Origin: Cyanophora paradoxa CCMP329
Lineage: Eukaryota; Plantae; Glaucophyta
Reading direction: 5' to 3'
Assembly (NCBI GenBank): GCA_004431415.1
Contig: QPMI01000004.1
Span: 83,503-147,502 of the forward strand
DNA length: 64,000 bases
The position numbers were made by a program, and so were the translations under genes. The notes beneath the pieces were generated by a model. That model was not told the DNA's origin and did no database searches. It worked only from the letters and a program-made list of their open reading frames with translations. Below are positions 37,997-46,917 of this stretch, piece by piece (position 1 is the stretch's first letter; every line of letters begins with the position of its first letter).

Positions 37997-40900
37997 GCCC
38001 GGATGCACACGCAAGCGCGAGAAGCCGGGCGGCACTGCGTGCGCCAGTCCTGCGCGTCCCCGCGCTCCGCACCGGCACCCCTGAGCTACCGCTGGCGAGC
38101 TGGCGTCGGGTTGTCAGCTGGCCCCAGCTGCAGGCGGCGACCCCGGACCGCGTGCTCTGGCGCTAGGATGTACGCTGGGGGCAATACCACTACGCAGCAG
38201 TACAACTGCAGACCTCGTCGGATTGAGGGGGGCCTCGGGTCAGACATAGACGCACGCGTACGGGTCCAACACCTGAGCGGGCACCCCTGCCGCCGTCCCT
38301 AGCTCTCACGCTGCTTCTGTAACCCCTCCTGACCTCGCGGTCTCCCAGCTGGCGGCTCCCCAGCTAACCTTTGGCGCGCTATTCCCGCCCGCGCACTTTG
38401 CCGCTGGGAGCCCTCTCATAGGCCCAGCGCCCGCCCTCTCCCGCCACAAGCCCGACGATACTCTAAGAGTGATGACGTTTAACACAAGGGGCACGTCGGC
38501 GGGCCGGCTACAGCAGGCGGAGGACTTTGCGGTGAAATGGGCACTAGATTTGATGGCGCTGCAAGAGCTCTCGATTTCGAACGCCGAGTTGCAGGCGGCC
38601 CTCCTTACCCCGGCCGCTGCCCCCGGCGAGGCCCCGCTCAGCTCGATCACACGCGGAAGGCTGATCCACTCGATTAAGAAATCGAAAACCAAAGGGAACG
38701 GGGCTGCTCTCTGGGTCGCCGCGCCGTGGGCGCGCCACATCGCGCGGCACTATCGCTGCCCGGGCAGACTCGCCGGATGTGAAATCCGCCTCAAGGAGAA
38801 TCGCCAACTGTTCGTCGCGAGCGTCTACATGCCTCCCACCGAGAGTAAACCTGAGCACATAGCGGATCAAAAGGCGCTGATGGAGTGCCTCGAACGCATC
38901 AACGCGGACTTTCGCTCTCGCACGAACGCTCACCTACTTCTCCTGGGTGATTGGAACTCTGTTGCGATCCCGGCCACTTCCCGCATTCGTCAGGGCAGCT
39001 TCGTCCAGTCCCAGATGCCGGAACGCGCGTGGTGGGGGACGCTGCGAAGCACGTGGGGGCTGTTAGATGCTGCAGAAGAGAAAGGAAAAGGAACAGAGGT
39101 CACCTTCGTCGCCCGCCACGGCCCGCCCGCGGAGACATCGGGGGCCCCGTCGGCGGACGACGACGAAGCCGGGGACGCGGCGGCCGAGGCGCCAGACCTC
39201 GTGTCGGACGACCGCTTGCTGGATCCTGCGCCCGACGACGTTATCATCTCGGCGGGGCGCATCGATGCGGTGCTTCACTCGGCGAGCCTGCAAACGTCGC
39301 TGCGAGCGGTGCATGCACTGCCCCGAGCCGTGGCCATGCCGCACCCTTCCGATCACTTCCCCGTCATGGCCGACTACGACCTGAAAATGGCGGAGCTCAG
39401 CCAGCCAGCCGAGGACGAGGCGCGCCCGGCGAAGCCCCCGCCCCTCTTCGCGCTGCACCTCATCGACAAAGATAAGCTCCCGGCGTTCCGAAAGGCGGTG
39501 GAAGAGCGCCTGCAAGGACTGGAGACAGAACTGGACAAGGCCCTGAACGGTGTTGGCGGCGGCACCGACGAGGAGCGGCGGGAGCGAATCGGTACCCTCT
39601 ACCGGCGGGCCACCGAGGACGTGCTGGCGCTAGCTAAGGAACACAAGTGCCTGAAAGCGCGCGGCTCCCGCCCCGCGAGCCGGCGGCCGGTCGCATGGCA
39701 GCTGGTGATGGACAAGAAAGTCGGTCGCCTGCTCGCTGGATGGGCTGCAGAATCCGCTGGAGGCTTGCCGTCCTCCCGACTGCTCACCCGGCTCGAGAAA
39801 CTTGAGGGCCTCGTCAAAAGCCTCGTCCCGGGACCCGAACCCATGCCGCGCCGCCCCGTCCGCGACCCGGACGACGCAGCGCCCTTCCCGGCCCGCTACG
39901 GGTCGTGGCGACTCTACTTCAAGCTCCTGAACAACTGGCGGAACCGCGTTCGCAGACGCCACCAGACAGAGACGAGCGCAGAACGGAACCGGCAGATCCA
40001 GGAGTTCGTCACGGCGCGCCAGGCGCGCTTTGCGGACCCGCGCCAGCTGCGCAGCTATCTAAACTCTGTACTTGAACGCTCGCGCGGGGAGCCGATCATG
40101 CACGTCACGCGACTAGCGCGCGACGGAAACTTTTACGAAATCTACACGTCTCCCGATGAGGTCAAAGCCGTCATGGCCGAGCACTGGAAGCAATGGTGTG
40201 CTAAACGCAACCCCCAGCTTGGCGGCACAGCCGACCTGGTGCCCGACTCCGCGCTAGACTACCTGCCCCCCGACTTCTGGCGTGCAGTCTACCGGCCCCT
40301 GGTTCTGCAAGCTGGCGCAGCAGATGCATTCGCCGGGACAATGATTGAGCCTACGTACGAGGAGCTAGGGGCGTACGTGCGCTCGCTGACAGACGGGGCG
40401 GGCGGGCCCTCGAACTGTACAAACGCAATCTTGAAGATGCTCTGGAACCCGGAGCTGCCAGATGCGATGGATCCGGAGGCGTACCCACCCCGCGGGCGCC
40501 GGCTCCTGATGGCGATCGTCTGCGAGGTGCTCCGCCTCCGCGACCTGCCCAGCGAGATGTGTGAGAGCAATATCTTCGGAATCCCGAAGAAGGGGGTCTG
40601 GGACGGGGATATTGAAGGCAACCTCCGCCCAATCACGCTCCAAGAGGTTGGCCTGAAGCTAGCGACGGGCCTGCTCACGAAGCGACTAGCGGACGCTATA
40701 GAGAAGCCTGGGGTCCTGAAGGGGGTGAACTACGGCTTCAGGAAGGCCAAGTCGACGGACGACGCCCTGCACCTCACGGTGGCCATCCTAGAGGACGCTA
40801 AAGAGCACCACAAACCCATTTATATCCTGCTCCAAGACATTCGGCGGGCGTACGATTCAGTGTCGTGGGTCAGCATGGAGCTCTCCCTCCGCCGGATCGG

Positions 40901-43900
40901 GGCCCCGGAGGGGTACATTGACCTGCACCGAAATATCTTTGAGCGGCGGCGCGCGCGCGCGATTACGGGGCACGGACTCTCTGACGCCTTCGAGCTTGAG
41001 TGCGGCCTCCCGCAGGGCGGCATCGAGTCCCCGCTCCACTGGCTCATCTTCTATGACGCCCTCCTCTGCGCTCAGCAAGAGTTGGACAGAATTGACTGCG
41101 ACCGAGGCGGGGAGGGGGTCGCGTACGTCCTGGGCGACGCGGTCGCGGATGCCGGGCAGCCCCGCGCGCGCGTCACGGGGTGTGCGTACGCGGACGACAC
41201 CCAGTGGTGGAGCGGCACAGCGGCAGGGATTCAGAGACTGGCCGACGTCGCCTCCGAGTTCTTCCGCATGCACGACATCACGGTCAACGCGTCGAAGACT
41301 GAGTTCACGTACAACAACGTCTCACCCGAGCCAGAGGCCCCGCTGCTGGGCCACCCGCGTGTGCCGGTCGGCAAGAAGCTGGCACCGGGCGCGCACTTTA
41401 AGCTACTCGGCGTCTACTTGACCGCGAACCTGTCGTGGACGGAGCAGATTAGACAGATGGAAGCGCAAGCCCGCGAGACCGTCGCAGTCATCGCACGCAA
41501 GCAACTGACCGCGCAAGAGGCCTGCTACATCGTCGAGGCCGTCGTGCAGGCGCGGATCGCGTACGGACTCAAGGTGGTGCCGCTGTCGGAAGCCCAATGC
41601 GACCGGCTGGACGCCATCTGGCTGCGAGTAGTTAAGCACCACGGCGGACTTGCGGCGTCAACGTCGAACTATGCGCTCTGGAGCCACGGCACGTACCGCC
41701 TCCCGCGCATGGCGCACCTGATGGCCAAGAACCAGATCACGGACCTGCTCGCGCGGCTCTGCGGCGAGCCGGACGACTTACTCTCCCAGGTGATGGCCCA
41801 CCGAGTTCGGGCCCTCCAACGAAAGCTAGGCGTGCCGCTGCTGCCGACAGAGTTCCTGAACGCGCACGTAACGCCCCAGCTCGCGAAGGCCAACACGATC
41901 GCCGCGGTGATGCCGCTGCTGCAACGCCGCCAGTACAGGATCCAATCGAACCACGCACGATACGTGAACGCCCCGTACCCCCCCGGGGCCGGTGTACCCT
42001 GGCCGAAGCCGGCAGAGCTCTTGCGCGAGTACGTGCTGGCGACGCACATCCCCAAAGAGATCTTCAGAGATGCGGCCCCTGCCCTATACGCCGCCGGCAT
42101 GTACTGGATGTCCTCTGTTACGGCGCGCGACGGCGAGCGCCTTTGCACTTGGCGGGACTTGCATCTCCGCGCCCCCCGCAACACCCTGTCCTGGGCCGCC
42201 CCTCCCTGGTGGAAACCTCTCGCCGAGGCCCTGACGGTGGACTCCAGCGGCAAGGGGGCCCTTCGGCACCCGATGAGGCAACCCCCCGGTACTCCCCCCT
42301 CGGCCATGGCACAGCTGCCAGGCGGAGCTAAGAAGTACATTCACCGACCCGACGATTTCGTCTGCTACTACGACCTAGCGACCATTCACGACGTCACGAT
42401 ACCGCCTCACGTAGGGCGCCTCCGTACGGCGGAGTCTGAGCCGGGCCGCCTGGTTGCGACGGAATGCCGGCTCGAACACTGGATCCCCGTCCCGGAAGAA
42501 GCAGACCCGACCGCCGACGGCGCCTACTGCCGCTGCGATGGGCACTGTCAGCACGAAATCCGGGAACCGCCCCTCGCGCGGCGCCGCTACAATATCATAC
42601 CCGGGGAGGGCCGGCGGCACTGGCACGACGATCATACCTGCCCGCGGGCCGCCGGCGCGGCCTGCCGCGCGACGAGCACCTGCGACGATGCAGGGGAGCA
42701 CGGGACGTCGGTCGGGGGCTGGGCCGAACATGCCGCCGCGCTGGGAGCCGTACCTGGCGCCGTGGCGACTGCTGCGATCAGCAACGTGCCCGTGGACGAA
42801 TGTGAGGGCCAGGTCACTACCCGCTCCGGCCGCGCCAGCCGCAAAGTCCTGCGCCAAGGCTTACTCGAATATTTTCACCCCGGGCAGACCGCGGCAGCGG
42901 CGATGGACGCGCACCGGTGGCGGATGCTGCTGCAAGCCAGGCAGGAGGGGGACGAGCGCGTTCAATGGCACCTCCTCTCGCCCGAGGACGCCGCCCGCCT
43001 CGCCGAGCTGGAAGCGGACCCGCCGGAACCGCTGCACCTGCCGCAAGACGAGGCGGTCCCGATTACCCCTAGGCAGGCACGGAAATACTACCACGTAATG
43101 AGGGACGAGGACTCCTGGGCGACCTTCCTGCAGGCGTGGGATGGGCTGGAAGCGAACCTCCGCCGCGAGCTGCGGGAAGCTGAAGCCGCCACTGACGGGA
43201 CCTACGAGGCGGCCGCGCCGGCCCAGGCCTGGACGGACGGGAGCCTGCAGGACGGTCAGACGACCCTAGCGCGCGGAGCTTATGCGATCCACTGGCCCGC
43301 GCGTCACCTGCGCACTGGCGCGAGCCTCCACCCGCCGGAAGTCTTTCCCAACTTTCGCGCCCGCCTGAGTGGGACGCAGGAGATCAACAAAGCGGAATTA
43401 CAGGCAGTGCTTACGGCGGACATACTATCCCCGTTCGGAGCCGTCGTCCACATCGACAACCAGAACGCGATCCGCTGGTGTAGGGAATTTGTTCTCGACG
43501 CCGCCCAGCGTAGCCTGCGGGAGTACATCCGGCACGTCTGCTCTGCCGAACTATATGCGTGGCGTAAACTCAGGGCCCAACTAGATTTGAGGGGGCGGCC
43601 GCTCACGCTGGTGAAAGTGAAGGCGCACGCGCAAGGTGAAGCGCGCGACCTGCACAATGACGTCGCCGACGCTCTTGCAAATCGCACAGCAAACGAACAA
43701 CTACCAGCAGAGAGCCTGCACGAGCCTGTCTTCCTGCCGCCGGAGTTTAGCATGCCCGCGGTCCTCACAATCGGCAACGGTGACGGCACCGTGAGGCGGG
43801 TGGAAGGCGACCCGAAAGAGCACATGGACACCTTGCACGAGCACCACACGCACTTCGCCTGGGCGCAGCAACCACTGGCTGGAGCGGTCCTGCGCCGCGG

Positions 43901-45993
43901 CGACGCCGGGGCAGACATCGGCGGACTGTACGCGGAAACGTCTGTAGGTTCCAGGTTCCGCGGCGCGAGCGGGGCTAGCAACGCGCTCTTCAAGTTCAGG
44001 ACCCAACTGCTATGCAGCTCCCTCCCAGCGAACGAAGTCCGGGTACGGGATAGGCCCGACCTTTACGCAGCCTACAACCCGGGCGGCCGCTGCGCGGCTT
44101 GCGCTACGAGGACGCCGTGTGCCCGGCGGAATCAAGCGAACTCGACGGAGGCGAGCGAGCAGCCCGTGCAAGCCGGCCCTAGCCGACAGCGCGCGGCCCC
44201 GACAGCTCTCACCGCGGGCCCAGCAGAGACATACACGCACGTCTTCCTGTGCCCTGGGCCCCATGCAGTGGCGCACCGCGCGGAGACTGCCCGTGAGCTG
44301 AATCGCTTCCTGCGGCGCGTCCACCGCGAGGCTCACGGCTCCCAGCCCAAAAACGTCGATCCCACGCTGGCGCTCGCTTCCGGTCTTGTGCCCGCCTACC
44401 TGCGCGTAGCCGACGATGATGCCGCAGCGCGCAGACTCGACGACGACCCGACCGTCTTCCCGCGGCTCTGGGTACTCCAGGGCGCCGCTCCTACATCGCT
44501 CGAGAGCGACCTTATCCGTCGGCTCGACCTCGATCCGCGCCGCGCACCCCGCACGGCTAAGCGCGTGCGCCAGATGCTAATAGAACGCGCGCGTCGGCTC
44601 TGGTCCGACCGGTGTGCGATCAACGCCGCATGGGAGAAGGACTGTCGCATCTCCCAGGCCTCCAAACGCCGTCCGCGCCCGCGCCGCACAGGGGCTAGAG
44701 CTAAAGAACGCGCCCGCGGCCCTCGTGCCCCGATAGAGTACTGCCCCGCCTGCGACTGGCCCCTGCACCTCCATAACGAACTCCGTGCAGCCCAGAACGC
44801 TGACTGCCCGCCGGAATACCGAGGATGGAAGGCAGCGCTTCAAGCCCAAGAACTCTACGACAGTACCAAGGTCCGCCCCTGGAGCCTGCCCCCCCCGGAC
44901 GATTAACCTACCCTCGTAGGGGGGGGGGGGGGGGGGAGGGGGGGGCTACAACTGGAGGAGACGCGGAGACACGGAGACTCCATCGCTACGCCCACTGACG
45001 ACCTCACTCTCAACCTATCACCTACGGCCGCTCGCCGGGCCCTCGCGCCCGCCGCCGACCCGCCGTCGCCTGCGCGACCTGCGCCTCCACACCTCCCTCA
45101 CTACCGCCGACACGCTCGCCTCCCGCCGCCACCGCTGCTCTTTCCTCCCCTGCCCTCTCTCGCCCGTTGCCCCAGTCGCCCTCCCCCACGGCCCCATCCC
45201 CCACCCCCTCCGCCCCTTCCGCTCTGCTGATCTCCCGCTACCCCAGGGAGGGGACGGTGGTGCGGGCTGCCAGGTGGAAGGTCGTCGGTCGGCCGCTGAA
45301 CCCACCGGCGCCTGCCCCGGCCACGCGCCAGGCCGGGACGGCCGGACCGCCGCGGAGGGGGCTCGTCATTGCCCGCGGCGGGGGGGAGGCGGTCGGCGGG
45401 CGGCTGGAAGCCCGGCGGAACGCGCCACTGGAGCCTCCCTCCTCCCGACCGCGGCTGCCCGACCCGGTCCTCCCCCGTCCTTTCCCACCGCCCAACGTCG
45501 CTCCATGCCGTGCCCTCCTCCCTGCCCCCGTCCCCCTTTCCCCCGACCAATCTTCCCCGAATGCTCTGAGCCTGGCGGCTCCACCAGGCTTGCTCTCGGA
45601 CGAGCGAGCCCCCGACCCGACCCGCCGTGCCGACGACACGGCGGGCCGTACTCTAGCGTGTACAGAGTGGTTTAGATTATAGTGCGCCGTCTCGGAGGCC
45701 CTAGCTTACTAGGCATAGCGCTAGCTACAGCTGCAGCTCACTTCGCTGCCCACCTCTGATTTCTATTCTCGTCCCTGGGTAGTCACACCCTTTCCCGCGT
45801 AGGATCTTTCCTGTGCTGCAGCTCTAGACTTAGTCCCCGGGGTAGCGTCTCCAGTTATTTCCATATCCGAGCTCCACCCGGTCCGATGTCCGAAAGGCTG
45901 AGTCCCGTAGGTTCATCTCTCGACTTGACACAGATGGACACCTCAGTTATATCTCTAGCCATTTGTCTCGGTGTGTGCGAATTCATTGGTATT
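37997..45993 (+). mobile_element. ~8-kb non-LTR retrotransposon (APE-RT-RNase H type)
   Basis: Bounded by the 14-bp direct repeat gccccaagaacccc (37983-37996, 45994-46007). Contains a 2145-codon ORF, with a poly-G tract just after its stop codon. Confidence 0.85.
38472..44906 (+). CDS. Non-LTR retrotransposon polyprotein: AP-endonuclease, reverse transcriptase, RNase H, C-terminal Zn fingers
   Basis: APE: TFNTRG, LQE, GDWN, RIDAVL, SDHFPV. RT: IPKKG, RPITLQE, YGFR, QDIRRAYDSV, GLPQGGIESP, YADD (41187), KLLGVYL. RNase H: WTDGS, INKAELQAV, HIDNQ, KVKAH, NDVADALA. Also CAAC..ETYTHVFLC and CPAC..H..C. The frame is open from 38250 and the first ATG is at 38472. Confidence 0.95.
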   Translation: MTFNTRGTSAGRLQQAEDFAVKWALDLMALQELSISNAELQAALLTPAAAPGEAPLSSITRGRLIHSIKKSKTKGNGAALWVAAPWARHIARHYRCPGRLAGCEIRLKENRQLFVASVYMPPTESKPEHIADQKALMECLERINADFRSRTNAHLLLLGDWNSVAIPATSRIRQGSFVQSQMPERAWWGTLRSTWGLLDAAEEKGKGTEVTFVARHGPPAETSGAPSADDDEAGDAAAEAPDLVSDDRLLDPAPDDVIISAGRIDAVLHSASLQTSLRAVHALPRAVAMPHPSDHFPVMADYDLKMAELSQPAEDEARPAKPPPLFALHLIDKDKLPAFRKAVEERLQGLETELDKALNGVGGGTDEERRERIGTLYRRATEDVLALAKEHKCLKARGSRPASRRPVAWQLVMDKKVGRLLAGWAAESAGGLPSSRLLTRLEKLEGLVKSLVPGPEPMPRRPVRDPDDAAPFPARYGSWRLYFKLLNNWRNRVRRRHQTETSAERNRQIQEFVTARQARFADPRQLRSYLNSVLERSRGEPIMHVTRLARDGNFYEIYTSPDEVKAVMAEHWKQWCAKRNPQLGGTADLVPDSALDYLPPDFWRAVYRPLVLQAGAADAFAGTMIEPTYEELGAYVRSLTDGAGGPSNCTNAILKMLWNPELPDAMDPEAYPPRGRRLLMAIVCEVLRLRDLPSEMCESNIFGIPKKGVWDGDIEGNLRPITLQEVGLKLATGLLTKRLADAIEKPGVLKGVNYGFRKAKSTDDALHLTVAILEDAKEHHKPIYILLQDIRRAYDSVSWVSMELSLRRIGAPEGYIDLHRNIFERRRARAITGHGLSDAFELECGLPQGGIESPLHWLIFYDALLCAQQELDRIDCDRGGEGVAYVLGDAVADAGQPRARVTGCAYADDTQWWSGTAAGIQRLADVASEFFRMHDITVNASKTEFTYNNVSPEPEAPLLGHPRVPVGKKLAPGAHFKLLGVYLTANLSWTEQIRQMEAQARETVAVIARKQLTAQEACYIVEAVVQARIAYGLKVVPLSEAQCDRLDAIWLRVVKHHGGLAASTSNYALWSHGTYRLPRMAHLMAKNQITDLLARLCGEPDDLLSQVMAHRVRALQRKLGVPLLPTEFLNAHVTPQLAKANTIAAVMPLLQRRQYRIQSNHARYVNAPYPPGAGVPWPKPAELLREYVLATHIPKEIFRDAAPALYAAGMYWMSSVTARDGERLCTWRDLHLRAPRNTLSWAAPPWWKPLAEALTVDSSGKGALRHPMRQPPGTPPSAMAQLPGGAKKYIHRPDDFVCYYDLATIHDVTIPPHVGRLRTAESEPGRLVATECRLEHWIPVPEEADPTADGAYCRCDGHCQHEIREPPLARRRYNIIPGEGRRHWHDDHTCPRAAGAACRATSTCDDAGEHGTSVGGWAEHAAALGAVPGAVATAAISNVPVDECEGQVTTRSGRASRKVLRQGLLEYFHPGQTAAAAMDAHRWRMLLQARQEGDERVQWHLLSPEDAARLAELEADPPEPLHLPQDEAVPITPRQARKYYHVMRDEDSWATFLQAWDGLEANLRRELREAEAATDGTYEAAAPAQAWTDGSLQDGQTTLARGAYAIHWPARHLRTGASLHPPEVFPNFRARLSGTQEINKAELQAVLTADILSPFGAVVHIDNQNAIRWCREFVLDAAQRSLREYIRHVCSAELYAWRKLRAQLDLRGRPLTLVKVKAHAQGEARDLHNDVADALANRTANEQLPAESLHEPVFLPPEFSMPAVLTIGNGDGTVRRVEGDPKEHMDTLHEHHTHFAWAQQPLAGAVLRRGDAGADIGGLYAETSVGSRFRGASGASNALFKFRTQLLCSSLPANEVRVRDRPDLYAAYNPGGRCAACATRTPCARRNQANSTEASEQPVQAGPSRQRAAPTALTAGPAETYTHVFLCPGPHAVAHRAETARELNRFLRRVHREAHGSQPKNVDPTLALASGLVPAYLRVADDDAAARRLDDDPTVFPRLWVLQGAAPTSLESDLIRRLDLDPRRAPRTAKRVRQMLIERARRLWSDRCAINAAWEKDCRISQASKRRPRPRRTGARAKERARGPRAPIEYCPACDWPLHLHNELRAAQNADCPPEYRGWKAALQAQELYDSTKVRPWSLPPPDD

Positions 45994-46617
45994 GCCCCAA
46001 GAACCCCTGCTGACTACAGCTGGCAACGGCTCTGGTCGTGGTCACGTGCTCGGAATCAAGGAGGGGACAACAAAGGAACGTGGGAACCTCTCGGCTTTCG
46101 GGCGGCGCATAGGGCCCTACGAGCCCCCGTTAGCTGTGGATGGAGCCGGTTCAAGTCGTGCTCCTGACCCGGCGGGGGATAGAGCATCCCCGGCGGACAT
46201 TCTGGGTCTTCGGACTCGATGTGCAAGTGCACCTACCGCCGGCGGGCACACTGCAACCGTCAACTTAGCTGTGCGTCCGACCGCAATTTAATTCTCGGGT
46301 CGAAATCGGCGGAGGATCTCGTCAGGCGGACTGAGAACAAGAGCGGAAATTTCGGAAGTGCTCGACGCGGCGGCGTTCGCGCTCTGATCATGAGGCACAG
46401 GATTCCCTCTCTTCTCGCCGCCTACAGATTCAGACGCAGGCCGGAGGGGCCAGACTTCGCGTGATGTCGAGGGCGCGGCTTCGTCTGCAAGGCCGACATC
46501 AATCGCCAGTCAACGGGGGCGCAGCCTAGTCAATGGGGCTGACCCTCAAGTCTCGGCTGGGGCGTCCGGCCGTGGATCAAGGGCAGTGCCTGCGGTCTCG
46601 GAGGCTTCAGCTCGAGA

Positions 46618-46740
46618 GAGGGCGGGTGGGGTCCTAGCGGATGGCCCACCGTCAGCAGCCTGTGGGGTCCTAGCGGAGGGCGGTGGGGTCCTAGCGGCGG
46701 TGGGGTCCTAGCGGAGGGCGGGTGGGGTCCTAGGGAGGGG
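46618..46740. repeat. G-rich minisatellite (GTGGGGTCCTAGCGG-type units) at the satellite border
   Basis: Five copies of gtggggtcctag. Confidence 0.85.
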
Positions 46741-46917
46741 AGAGCTGTGCAGCCTGGCAGCTGCTGCTTTGCAGTTGTACATATCGTGTACATATCAGCC
46801 GCAGCGCGCGGCGAGCTCTGCGACTTCTGGATCATTTCTAGGTTCAGCGGAAGGCTTGTGGCGTCCTGCACAATGGGGCCTGGCACAGAGAGATTCTCTC
46901 ATGCACAATGGGGGCCT

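Noticed and set aside
36079-44906. Gag ORF as ORF1 of the 8-kb LINE
   Set aside because: It lies outside the LINE's 14-bp TSD and is decayed, whereas the polyprotein is intact.
38178-45998. 12-bp inverted match ggggcaatacca as terminal inverted repeats
   Set aside because: It is at chance level for an 8-kb span and is not coincident with both element ends.
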